Program-made: the position numbers and the translations under genes
Assembly (NCBI RefSeq): GCF_018977255.1
Contig: NW_024704742.1
Coordinates: 102,798,001 to 102,862,000, forward strand
Source: Callorhinchus milii
Taxonomy: Eukaryota
Length of the DNA stretch: 64,000 nucleotides
Reading direction: 5' to 3'
Shown here: piece after piece, positions 36,993 to 50,240 of the stretch
How the letters are laid out: each line of letters opens with the position of its first letter
How positions within the stretch are numbered: the first letter of the stretch is position 1
Notes under the pieces: generated by a model
Databases searched by the model: none
Seen by the model: the letters and a program-made list of their open reading frames with translations, nothing else
Told to the model about the DNA's origin: nothing

Positions 36993-39340
36993 TTTATCAG
37001 AAAGCTACCAGTTGAGCTATCCTGCCTACAAATGTGTCGTTGGCTAAGGAATCACTAGAATAAATCCCTGAAGATGATATTATGGCTGTCAGCTCCACAA
37101 AAATATATGTTGTATTTGCTGTAAGAGTTAAAAACATCATTTTGGTTTCAGAAGGTAAAAAGCCATTTCATAAATATGCGCACTCAATACTTTGTACAGA
37201 GTCAAAATTGTGGTATTCCGACACATTTCTTTCCTTATTCATCGAACTGTATTAAACGTGTACCTGAAATACCCCTGATTTTCGAATAATGATAGCACCC
37301 AACCCCTGGCTCAAAACATCTGGGCACCACCACCTTAGATTCCCATTTAGCCATGATCGTTTCAAGACCCGAAAATGTCCACTCTGTGCTTGTTCAGGGC
37401 TCCTAGCCTAATTCAGTCATGTTCTGTTCTATATTGAATTTTATTCATCCTATATTAACTGCTTATGTAGATTAGAAAGATAACTTTTCTAGAGAAATGT
37501 AATGAAAAGATAGGCAGAGGTGTTAGTTTTAACATGATTTTCCTAGAAGTGGATCCGACTACATAACATTACAAAGATAGGATTTATTTTGTTTTCTGTT
37601 TACATTGTGTATTTTGGATATTTTTATTCTAATAACAATAATCTTTACATGTAGTTAAGCCCTTTCATATCAGGAAGCCACCTGAAAGGGCTTTGTCATA
37701 TATACTATAAAGTCACGTCACAGTGTTTTCTGGGTGGACACATTTTAGACAAACTTTCGGTTGTTAAAGTCTCTTTGAAAAGTGGCAAGCGGTTTGACAT
37801 GTGGATTGATCCCGATATTATCGTGCTGGCCAGCGGTGATCATTGGCTAGATCATGGCTGCCTTTGATGTTTCCTAGTTGATTGTAGCTGTGTGAGTATT
37901 GCTGCTTCCATAAGCTGACGGGTTTCAGCATTGACTTTTTAAAGGTTTTGTTTTCATTGGAGGTACTGCTGTATGCCCTGTTTTTTCTCCTGCTGCAGCT
38001 TGGATTATAAATGAATTTGTGCTGAATGAATTATTTTTAATATAGAATTTTTTTGGGGGGAAAGCTTAATGTCATTGGCCTTTTTTATATGGAGTTGTGA
38101 AACTTTTACGAGACTCTGGGCCCCACCTGTGGTTACAAATTCCAAAAGTGGAGAAGTGGAGAATGTTCCACAGTGTTTCTGAGTTGGAGGAGGTCCTTTG
38201 TGGTTTAGCAGTATTTTAAAATATTATTTGTAGGTCAAGCAATACATTCTCATTCATGTTAGCTTGAATGCCTTGCAGGGCTCCTTCAAACAGTCCCACA
38301 ACTCTCAGACATAATAAAAAGGAACTTACCTTTACTTCCTTACCTTTAAGATTGTTAGGAGTGAAATCTGCTACGGCTTCATTTGTAGTAACATTAACCG
38401 CATTAGGTAGAAGAAGTCAGATAAGAAAGCAAGTGTCTAACTGAAAGTGTTCACCTCACTAGGTAATGGAGTATATATTAACAAAGAACATGTTATGTTA
38501 AAACACAGTCGTTCACAGTTTTCCACTCTCTCCTAGTTGACTGATCTTTATACATAATAATATTAAACAAAAGAAACAACTTGCACTCACACAGAGCACA
38601 CTACGCAGGATAGCGTCTCAGAGCCTTTAACAGTGGCGAAGCCTGACGGCCGAGCCGGAGGGGGGGCGTGGCAGGTAAGCACTAAGGTATTTACCTTAAA
38701 TAATTAAGGTATTTAAAAAATGTAACGACATTTACTGTATTTACACACGTTTATTTAGTCCAGATTAAGTTTCAGTGTTTGCATGTGGACCATATTCAAC
38801 ATACAGCTTAGTCTTTCTTACCACCTACAAGTGAATCACTTAAAAAAGATGTTGTATGATGCTTTTAACCTTCAAAAAAAGCAGTTCCTTTCTCTAATGT
38901 GTTCCCTGCATTTTCTCCTGTGAAATGTATTTTTTTTGTACAGCTTTTTCTGCCTCGCCTAGATTTTGTTGGTCTCTGGCAAAGTTTGCACAGGACGTGT
39001 TTCTGTTGCCTTCTATTGTGGATTTGAGTTTGAGTTTAAGATGTTGTCAGCAGGCAAAACGGGAAGGAGTTTAAAGACTCGACATCAAGATATTTCTGTT
39101 TTTTCTAGCTTTGCATGTGAATGAGATACACAGGCAATTGAGGGAACCAGAGAAGGCTGGGGAAGTGTTAGAATCTGACAGTAAAAGCTATAAAACCCAG
39201 AGATTGTACATGGTGTCCCTGTATTCTCCCTGTGCACATTCCATTTTGCTGTCTCTTCCAACAATCAGACGTCAAGTCCCGTCAGTCACTAAGTGCTGGT
39301 CTGTCTCCCTCCCCGCTCGGGCTCCCGCTCACTTTGTAAA

Positions 39341-39640
39341 GTGGAGTCCTGCAGCTCAGTGGTTAGAGCACTTGCCTCGCAAGTGAGAGTTTGATTCCCG
39401 GCCAAGCGAAACTTTGGGCAAGTTTACTTACTCCACACGCCTGATAATAATGCCTCAAGAAAAAAAACAATAATAGTCACTCAACCCATGATTATTTGTG
39501 GGACACTGCTGTGCGCAATTGGCTGCCGCATTTCGCCCACAAATACACAGTAAATTCACTTCACAGTATATTCTGTGAAGCGCTTTGAGACGTCTCGAAG
39601 ACGTGAAGAGTGCTGTATCAAATGCAAGGATTATTATTAT
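39341..39640 (+). mobile_element. Full-length SINE, older subfamily
   Basis: Same family; tail loop gagacgtctcgaagacgt. Confidence 0.88.
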
Positions 39641-39641
39641 A

Positions 39642-39950
39642 TAAGGTGGATGAGGGAGAGCATGGTGGAGGAGGATGGTGTGGTTGGCTGTGTCAAATGC
39701 AGCAGCGAGATCCAGGAGGACGAGGAGGCAGAGGGAGCTCTGGTCAGATAAGAGAGGACGTCGTTTGTGACTTTGACGAGTGCTGTCTCTGCTATAGGCA
39801 GGGTGTAAACCCGGCTGGACGGTCTGGGTGGAATGGAAGGGGGGGGCGCGGAGGACAATGCAGCCAAGTGGATGTTTTCAATCTTTGAGGCAAAGAAGTC
39901 TAGGATCTCTTCGTAATTGGCATTTGATTTGAGGATAGACACATCAAACA
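39642..39950 (-). mobile_element. Deleted L2 ORF2 fragment
   Basis: [24 protein letters not shown]. Confidence 0.75.
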
Positions 39951-41216
39951 CATCAACTGTGAAAGAACCTCAAATATGGTAGCATCGAATAGATTTGATT
40001 GATCATAAAAAAAATCACCACAAAGTGTCCTGGTGAATAACATTTATTTGATGAGCTATTACTATTTCCTTGCCATTTATGTTGACTGCTTGAACTATTT
40101 TCATGTATATAGTGAAAACAAAAGATATGTTAAAGCATTTTCTTACCTTTTATAATATTAATTCTAGTTTCTTGTATTTTTAGTGGCTTCTTCCACCCCG
40201 CAAATATTTATGGCATTTTAGACTGAAAAGAGTATTTGCCTGCCCAAAAATCCCCAACAGATGAAATTGAGCACAGTGGTGCCTTGCAACCTTCAATAAT
40301 AAATAAAAGTGCCTGTATAAACAAGTTCAACAAAAAGTAAAGTGAGATCTTGTTTATCTACTATATTAGCTCCCACCACATGGATATTTGAAATTGGCAA
40401 AGACTCAAGGTCCAACACATCATTAGTAATTTTTTTTATGTCAAAACTAACATTTTAGGTAGTAAGATGTTAGTGAACAAAGTTCTAGGCAGCTTCAGAA
40501 CTGAAAACCAATAAATCAATTGCCAGGATAGAAGATCTCAATACTAAAGTACTAACATGGCTTCAAAAAGGATATCTCATGCCTGATCAACCTGCCATTT
40601 TGGAGGCAACTTCAAATTTGACAACAGGAATCTAGACAATAGAGTGCTCTGACTTCGAAAAAGCCTTCAATAAAGTATCAAAAGAACTAGATAAATACCA
40701 AAAAACGAATCAGCTACAGGATATGATGGAAGAACACTGAGAGAATTGCTCTTTAAAGAGCCAACACAGACGTGATTGACTAAATGGCCTTCTAAGCTAT
40801 AATGGTTATATATGACACTTTTACAAATTGTCCAAGTCTGTTCCTGCACCCTCCTCCCCCACCCGGCTCAGAGTCAGGCTCGGCCACTGTTAAGCGCTCT
40901 AAGATGCTACCCTGCGTGGAGGGCACTATATAAGTGCAAGTTGTTGTTGTATAAGACATGGATGTGGATTTGTAACTAATTGGTGATTGAGGAATCAGAT
41001 AACACCCAGCTTTATTGGGGGGGGAGAGAGAGAGAGAGAGAACTGGAATCCGAGAAAGTAAGTTCAAATGGCAATGCACCTATCTGGGCTGATTGCCAGC
41101 AAAGTAAAATTAATCTGGAGAAATGCAATTACTGCATATTGGAAGTAAAAATAGGTTAGAAGTTTCTAAGGGTTAAGTCTAAAGAACAATTCTTTGAGGA
41201 AACGGAAGGTTCCCTT

Positions 41217-41538
41217 ATAATAATAATAATCCTTGCATTTGATATAGCGCTTTTCACATCGGGAGGACGTCCCAAAGCGCTTCACAGAACACACTGTAAA
41301 GTGAATTGACTGTATATTTGTGGGCGAACGCGGCAGCCAATTGCGCACAGCAATGTCCCACAAACAGTCGTAGATTGAAAATGACCAATTTATTATTGTT
41401 TTTGTTTTTGGAGGGATTATTATTAGGCTCTGTGTGGAGTAAGGAAACTTGCCCAAGGTTTCGCCCTCTGCCTGGAATTGAACTCGGGTCTCTCACTTGC
41501 AAAGCGAGTGCTCTAACCACTGAGCTACAGGACTCCAC
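41217..41538 (-). mobile_element. Young full-length SINE
   Basis: Reverse complement near-identical to 26575-26895. Confidence 0.92.
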
Positions 41539-43059
41539 AGTGACCTCATGGTGACCATAGCTGTACTCAACACGTCAGATAGTTTGACTAGAGCAGTGGT
41601 GGCTGACAACATATTTTTTTTTGATTGAATATTTGTTGATATATGGCCATACCATAAATATTGCTACTCAGTAGCTACTGGAAACAACATATTGATTTCA
41701 CATAGACTTACCTAGACCGGTGTGATTGTTCAGCAGGCAACTTCTTGACACCCCATGGGCTACTTTAGTCCTATGGGCCAAAAGCATGACTTCTAGGAGT
41801 TTGAACTCAACTCATTTTGTGGAATGTAGCCCAGCATCCTATTCACTTTATGTTTACCACACTGTTGCTCAGTATCAAGCGGATAAATGCCCCTAAACTG
41901 CCCAACAAGTGGATACACTTACGAGAAGCGCAACAAAGCTTCTCTCTAGTCAGGGCAAGGGACTCGTGTAAGAAACACTTTGATGCTATAAGTGGAAAAC
42001 TTTTGGGTTGGTATTCTGGAATAAAGAAGTTGAATGGGCCTAACATCCTCTTCATTCAAATTGCTCTTGTTGTCTTGTGAACTGTTTGTGGATGGCTGTA
42101 GTAAGACTGTGCAGACTGGCACTAAATAAATCAACCTCCCTCCACCAAAAGTACACAAAGTAGGTTTTTGTTTTACATAAAGACCCTCACAGATTACTTA
42201 CTGTACAATCAACCACTAGGGGGGAATCTAAAATGCAGGAGAATCTGAACTAAAATAAGGGGAAAAGAGTCAGGAAGCAAGCAAAGTTAGTATGCCCAGA
42301 GTGAGAGAAACAGAAACAATACTTAAGATTTATTTATAATATCCTGTAAAAATAATGTCAGATAATCAAACTTCCACTGATATACTGAAAAGAAAATGCA
42401 GAATTATTTTTAGTTTTAGCAAGTTGAACAAGAGTTCACATTCCTTATAGATGTTATCTGAACCCATTGATTGCTTCACAGCACTTGTTTTAATTCATTT
42501 CAGACTGTATGTATACACAAATGTAGCAGTTGGGAGTTTAACTTTTGAGGAATAGCTCAAATCATGCAGAACAGTATACAAAGCAAATCAATGATCGACA
42601 CCTTTAGTGAATTTGTTTCTTGTATTATCTGCACACCTTCAGTGTGATTAGGAAAAACTTCCAGGATATTGGCTCAATTCCCAAATCATCTTCCACTTTG
42701 TTGGGTGATCCTGGAATCAGAGAGCTAATTCACCAGCTGTGATTTTCATTAAGTGACTCATTTTCTGAGGCATTACCTGAATATCTGTATATGTATTTCA
42801 AGTTACCAGATGTGTTTGTGCTCCAATTTCAAAATGATTGACCTTATTAAGAGTCCTTGCATCCCAGAATCTCTGATCAGATGTTAGTTTCCAGTGAGTT
42901 TCCATTGTGCAATGTCATTTAAATCGCAGGTTGCAAATAATGTATGGAGATAACATTCAAGGTTTTGTTTCACCAGGAAAGACCTAATTACTCAAGCTGA
43001 TTTTTTATCAAACCTTCTCCGGTTTTATGCAGATAGATACCAATGAATACAAATCACAA

Positions 43060-44511
43060 AGCATCAAGACAAAAGTAAACTTTATTGATCTGGTAAAAGG
43101 GTAATACAGGTACAAGCCATTCATTTTGCTGTAAGATACAAATGTCTCCACTACTTGGTACATAGTCCAATAGAAGTAAAAGGAATTTCCGTTTAGCTAG
43201 CAAGTGTGATGACTTATGAACTAGTTACGATAATTGACCACCACAAAGATAACCCGCATCTTTAATCTATGTAAACATTCCTCACATATTTGAATTTCAT
43301 TTCAGCTGAATCTGCAATGCATCAAGTGAATTCTTCCCATTTCCCTACCCCCAGAAACGGTTTTACATCACACCTCAAAATTTAGAAGCCAATTTCAAGT
43401 ATTTTTCCAATCATACACATGTTACAATTTTACCAGTGCATGTATCATAATTGTATTTTAGTTGTTGCATAAGTAATGCATAGAGCAAAACATATTGTGC
43501 TTAGTGGACTACAGTTTCTATTGTAAAACTCAAATTACGTTAAAAAATCATAAACCAAATGCTAAAAATAAACATAATGAAGGATCCCTCCCACCAGAAG
43601 CTTGGACTTTCACAAGATGAATGCCTTGTTCTGCATTTCTAGCAGGTTTTCTTTTTATGCAGCATGTAGTGGTTTGTCATACAATTGGCAGCGATAGAAC
43701 AAACTACAATTTGTCCTTTTCATCCCAGACAACTTAAAAAGTCCAAAAGATAGCTCTTTATGGTGAATCCAAACACTGCAGCGATTTGTGAGTGAGATGA
43801 TCCAAATTGGTTTCTACCATGTTATATGTTAGAAATCCAGGCTACAAAACATTATAAATGACTACAAAGTGCAAAGTTGGTCAGATAATGCTAAATACTT
43901 GGTAAACGAGGGGGATGAAACGAGAAAGGAATGCTGGAATGGAAAAGCTGACGACGTTCTTCATGAAGTTCTGTTAAAACATTTGTTTTAGTTGTCATAA
44001 TACTGCAACAGCAAAAATCATCCTACAAGCTTATGGTGGCTCCACTATTCAACAGACATCTAAATAAATACAAAATACCCCCAAAAATAGTTAGTGATCT
44101 CTTTTTACTGTTTATAAGGTATAATCAGATATACAAAGAATAGTTTCAGAGCACAGATTGTACAAAGTTACTGTTTTGTCTTAAATAATTCACTTAAATA
44201 GTAGCAAGTGGACAATAGTCCCCTCACAAAAGGTACCGGAATGTAAATGGAAAATTGTACAGGAAACACGTTGAATTTAAACATAAATTAAACACAAAAT
44301 AATCCATCTTTTTCTATGTCTGTGGGGTGGGGGTGTGGGGGGGAGGGGAGAAGGGAGGCTTTGCTGCAAAATACATCAGAGTAAATTATCCCCATCAAAC
44401 TTTTTTTTGCAATTAAACAATATCAATTGATTCCTTTTATCTATTTGGTAAACAATTGGTGTGGTAAGCTTTTTTTGAATAAAAAAAGTTCCAAACTGGA
44501 AGCCGTGAATT
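43060..44511 (-). other. AP3S1: Probable AP3S1 3' UTR with polyadenylation signal AATAAA at 43081-43086
   Basis: AU-rich, repeat-free stretch after the stop. AATAAA on the minus strand is followed by GT/T-rich sequence. The exact end is inferred. Confidence 0.6.
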
Positions 44512-44640
44512 TTATTTAAATGAGGGCAGGTTTGGCACTTTTATGCTGATGTCTCCGATGTTAATATTTCGAGGAATTTCGGGAAGGTTGATATTCTTTA
44601 CTGCTGACACAGCTCTGGCTGGAGCTCCTGCTAGACCAGC
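44512..44640 (-). CDS. AP3S1: AP3S1 last coding exon
   Basis: Acceptor ttatgtag, then AGLAGAPARAVSAVKNINLPEIPRNINIGDISIKVPNLPSFK-TAA. Confidence 0.95.
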   Translation of the reverse strand, partial: AGLAGAPARAVSAVKNINLPEIPRNINIGDISIKVPNLPSFK

Positions 44641-47162
44641 CTACATAAAGATGCAAATTAAAAAAAACAATTGTGAATAAGAGTGCTGAACACAAAAGTG
44701 GAATTCAGAAACTGATCCAATGAAACAAGCTTAAGAACTCTTGCGTTTTTTAAAAATGGGTTTCTAAAGTTTATAATGCAAGTTATCACCACTTAATCCT
44801 CAGACTGGAAACCATACCTCAGGCACCTGAAATATTTGAGTATTGTAAGTCTGTTTAGTTAGTGGACTAAGATAGTTTGAATATCAATTTGCTTAAAAGC
44901 CCAAGAAGGTTTCTAGAGAAAAATATAGAAAAGGTTTGAGTTTTTGCATTCGTGTAGAGTTGAACCATAAGATATTATGCCTCTGTATATTTATGGTCAT
45001 CTCTACAAAAACTGGCAACAACTTTATTTTGTTTTGGTCAAAAATATTTTAAGATATGAAGCCCAGAATATTGCTTCAAAGGAAACTGGAAGTATTCCCA
45101 CCTTTCTCCCCCCATGTATATTCCATATCTGTATTAACAGATTCAGAACAAAATATGTCAAACGTGGGAGATCTAACTCTTTGGTAGTTAATCTATTACT
45201 GTGTGGATATTTGTTAAACTGGGGTGCACAGAATTAATACTTTATATGAATAAAAGATATGCTGAAAATTCATTTGGATCCGAATGGTATGAAGCATTAA
45301 CATCTTAGTGATTTGTAGGGGATTCATGATATTACAGATTTATTCCGAGATAACAAAGGTGATTAAAGTTCTAGGCAGCCAATTTAAATCCATGGAGCAT
45401 TCAACAGAGTATGTCAGAACCCACATAATTGTTAAATGCTAACCTGCATAAATATCAATGTCAGACAAATTAAAGGAAACATTTCTGGGCTTCAATTGGG
45501 CTATTTCTGCCACAGATAGAGGTAGGATTTCTGTCCTGAACCACAGTTGCACCAAAACCCTTTTGTTATGCTTTCCTCGATTTATCATAGGCTTGGGTAA
45601 AAAAAAAGTTCAAAAGAGCAAAAGTATTACTTTACGAAATGTTACTAACTACATACAGTCTGAAATGGTTTTGAATGCAACGTATTTATTTGAAACCTTC
45701 AATTGGCAATAGGAATTGAGAAGGAAAAAGAAAGTACTTGATTCCAGTTAGCTTCCTCTGTAAATCGTACCGCAAAGCAGCTCTCTGAAATCACTTGGTT
45801 AAAAATGGAAAGGTGGCACAGATTAGGAAAACATCAACCCAGCCGACTGCATCCCAGAACTTTTAGGTTAAAGTGTTACAGCACATCTTGAAAGATGTCT
45901 TCAAGTACAATAAAAAAAACGAAGAAAGCAAAACAAAACAATGCATCAATACTAATGTGAATCTTAATAAGGCAAACTTCTACACATAATTAAGCATTTT
46001 TTATAACTCAAAAAAGAACGACATTTTTCCTATAAGACCTTGTTTCACATATTTATATTAAATCAAACAATCTCTTGAAATCATGCACTAAAAGCAAAAA
46101 AGAATGAATTATTGTTGGGCAAGTTCATGCAGTGTTCAAGCAAGGAAGGTTGCAATTACCAACAGCATTAAAGTCTATTTGTGTATATGTAAGGGTTCAT
46201 ACAACACACTAACAAGCTATGCATAAAACTAATGCTTTGCTCACAGCAAATGAAAAATATCAAAAACAACATTTAGAAAAATGTCAATTTTGAAATCACA
46301 GAAGATACTAGCTATGTGAACGGTACATAGTTTTATAGCACTACTGTAATTTACTCTTCATGCTTATGAAATGGTTTTATATTATATGAAACCTTAAAAG
46401 TGTTCACACATTTTTAAAACAATGTATTTAATTGCATGCGTTGTTTGTGGAATTATATGTAAATAAATGATAAAGTAAACTGAACCCTTTTGTATCGTAA
46501 AATTGAGAATAATGCACAATTGACTGGAGGAAAACTACAAGTCATTATGTAAAAATATTATGCTAAAACTTGTCTGGTTTCAAACGTTATATGGATTTAA
46601 AGAAACTGTAAATCTGGTGATTCAGGCAAGGTGACTGAGGTTTTAGACAAACAGCTTTGGACCAATATTATTGCAGTATCTTGCCACTTCTTCCATTGCT
46701 TTTGTTAAGGTAATGGATGGATGAGAAACATTGTTCATGAATTATTATAAGTTATACCTCTCTCTCCCTCTCCCCCATCTTTAATTTTAAGATTATGGAA
46801 AGAGAATTTTGTTAGGTAAATGATGGATGAAAATTGAGATTTGCAAGAAAGATTAGTGTAGCTAGTCAGAGTTCTCTACGGGATATACTGCAATGCATGC
46901 AACTACTAGAAAGAGAAAACAAAATGAAGTCTGCAAGTAGGAGAACAAAATGAGGAGAAACCTGTAGGAAGAACTAAAATCTTTGGAATTTAGTTTCTAA
47001 ACCAAGGAAAGTCCCTAGTGGGAGGTGCATAACAATAAGATGTCTTCTTTCATGGTTCCCCCCAAAGTAACCTATTGTTCTTGTGACATCATTTTGCTTT
47101 CTAGTGGTGAGGAGCAACAACAACAAAAGAAATTATGTCTGTCCATTTAGAGGCAGCAGTAC

Positions 47163-47221
47163 CTGAGGAATTACAGTAACAGTATCTATCTGTCCTGTCT
47201 GGGAGACTGAAAGATAAAGGT
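47163..47221 (-). CDS. AP3S1: AP3S1 alternative cassette exon (59 nt) encoding C-terminus TFIFQSPRQDR* (coding 47186-47221)
   Basis: Strong polypyrimidine tract ctctttccattcttctctcttgcag, in-frame peptide then TAG, donor CAG|gtactg. I recall the same peptide from mammalian AP3S1 isoforms. Confidence 0.8.
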
Positions 47222-49871
47222 CTGCAAGAGAGAAGAATGGAAAGAGCTAGAAAAGGTCACACGTTTTGGAAAGTGAGGAATGATTTCAAGACCACATTTA
47301 GCAAAACAAAAATGTACCATTTATTTTTACACACAAATAGTGGAGAATGAACTGCTCCTACCACAAATAAAAACCATTTTACTCCATTCTGCGTCTGCTA
47401 ACAGTGCTTTACTGATAGAATCTTAGAAACTCAAATAGTTGCAAATCTTTTCAGGATCGCACACAGTGCATTTCAAAACTAATTTTACGTTTAATTTTAT
47501 CTTTTAAATTGCCAGCTGCAATTTGAAAACTGGACATTACAATGAAGGCAGTCAATGTCTAAGGTATAGGTATGTCTGTGGGAATGGGTGGGCACATGGG
47601 GATGAGGAAGAGGAGGGGGTAAATCTAATAGTGAAGTGAAACACAAGGGCAAATTTGAACTATCGTTTTGTATCTCTGTTCCTCTTTTCAATAGTCAAAT
47701 TACTATGGATCATGAGAGTTTAAAATCATCTTTCTTCCCGCCAATTTTCATGACTTGAATGCAGACACATTTCATCTCAGAAGATTCAACACTGTACCCA
47801 GCAGTTACCAAAAAAAATTGCAGAAGACTCACGTTGACTTACAATGGGGGTCCATCAATCTGGATATTAATCTGGGCAACACAACTTTCACACATGCATC
47901 TTCACCAATTCCAATGGGAGACATCGGCGTGAGCCACTTCCAATACATGGTCACCTAACTAAACAAACAAGTACCCCTGCCCTCTTCATCACCCAAAACC
48001 TTTTCATTCTACATACCATCAAACAGAAAGCTTTACAAAATAACACTAAGATGCAGTTTTGGGACAGAGCCAGATTACATACATCTGCCACTTTAAAGAA
48101 TAAAGAGCAGTCAGTTTTACTCTGACTGAAGAGCAGCAGTTAAGTCCCATTGAAAAGCAGTTAGAATGAGAAAGACACATATTTTAGCTATTCTTCAAGA
48201 ACAATTAGTTCATTCACAAGTGCACTAAGACATCCACCTCAGGCAGGAAAAATAGCACGCTGAATCCGAATTGCGAGCTTGCATACTCACAAAAATCTAA
48301 ATTGGCCCCAAAGAGTGAACAGGGCACTTTTAAAATAAAATATTCCAAATCATCGAAGCAAGCGGCTTCCATTGTAGAAGATAATCACAAAAAACATAAA
48401 TCGGAGAATTTAATATCCAATTAACAGGTCATGTAATTTAGTAAGTGGTTCTGGTGAAGTGAAAAGCAACTGAAACCTTCAAATATGTTGATGCCGAGCA
48501 AGGTTAGTCTGTCCAAAGCCATCCTAAGGTGGCACTTTTCTGGTTAGCAAGAGCTCAACCATGTGCTTGTTAGATATCCAACAATTGGCTGTCCTCCTTT
48601 AGGGAGGGGGCGAAATTTAGTTGGGTCTCTTTGGAACTGAGTTGGCTCCAAGGTAACATCTGGCAATGGAATATCAGAATTAAGTACAGTACTTATTAGA
48701 GGACTTGGAGATGGGGTGGGTGGTTCTTTGCACTCGCCTCCTGTTAATTTTTCAAAACAAACTCTAACAGACAGGGTGGTCCAAGCTGCAAAAACAGCAA
48801 GACTCTTGCAAGAATCAATAAGTGTTAGCAATGGCAAGCTGTGCAGTTTTAGCTGGTTAAATTCCAGTAGATCTCCCTATTGCACTCTCTGGGATCTACG
48901 TGCCTTGGCTCTTGCTAACCTGTACCTAAAGTGACTGGGATTGAGCGAACAGGATGTAGGGGAGAGTACGCATTACACAGCAGACAAACAGAAGCTCTTT
49001 TTGGGTACTCATGAGGGTAGTCATGGGTTTGGGTGGGTGTCAGACATTTAGCTGGCCAAAAAAAATGGTTAATGAACCACACTGTAGTACATAAAAACAC
49101 ACCAGGCCCTCAAAATAAAAAGAAACAGATTACTATTCTCTGTAGGCGATACAAAGAACATGAAACCAACGCCTAGCTAGGCAACATGACACCAACCCTT
49201 GGCACAAATCCATCAAGAACTTTAAGGCGCCATTAAAACTAACAAACCAGGCACAGTGATTTCCCATTCCAAGGGAGCATCCAGTTTCAAAAGGAATTCA
49301 TTAAAAATAGATTGAAATTCGTGCAAAGAAAATCTTTCAGAAATCACTAACTAGGGGGCATATCCACAAAGTCATCTTCACTTTCCAAAGACTCCTTTTC
49401 TTAGAGGAATCCCTGGGGTAATGAAAAGTCTACAGTCTGAATGTAAGGTAACCTTGTCAATATTTCTCAGGTTATTCAAGAGGTCATGAAATTGAGCAGC
49501 CAATTTAATGTTTCAGAGAAGCAAACCAGATTTTCAAGACATTTACACAATCCCTGGACAGATGGAAAATAATCAAACGCAAACACAATAAATTCTTTAT
49601 ATTAAACAGGAGCATTAGTGTGATGAGATTTCCTGCAAGGAAGACAATTGTATGAAAAAGAACAGCACTTTGATTCTCTTTAGGTTTACGGATTTGAAAC
49701 AATTTTAATTTGGACAGCAGCACCTTTTCCAACTGTAAAGATTGGATTCTAACATCTTGAAAAAAAGAGAATTATGGTCCATTATATTTGGTTGAGGGCA
49801 CTGTCTGTAAGAAGTAAAGAATATGTTGATTGAGATGTTGAAGTTGATAGTTCTGAAAATCAGTATATAAT

Positions 49872-50240
49872 AGCAGTATTTATGGAGTGCCTTTCATGTC
49901 AGGAGGACATCTCAACCGCTGGACAATCGTGGGTGACAATCAAGCTGGAGGTTGGATTTGGGAGGGATGGGGGCCGGGGGGAAATGACTGAATACGCAGT
50001 CAAAGAGGAAGGTCTTGAGATGGACCTTGAAAGGGGCGATGGAAGGGGCAAGGCAAAGGGACTCCAGCATGGAATTCCAGAATGGGGGCAGAAAGACTGA
50101 TGGCCTGACTACTGATGGTGGGGCGGGCAAAATGGTAGGGTTTTAGAAGATCACAGAGGTAGGCAAGACTGCAGAGGGATTTAAAAATGAGAACGAGGTT
50201 CTTGAACTCATGCCTCTTGGGTATGGGGAGCCAGTGGAGC
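49872..50240 (-). mobile_element. Degenerate L2 3' fragment
   Basis: FWNSMLESL..FKVHLKTFLF, tail. Confidence 0.7.

Noticed and set aside
37740..38310. Possible decayed coding sequence
   Set aside because: No recognisable motif in the frames I read.
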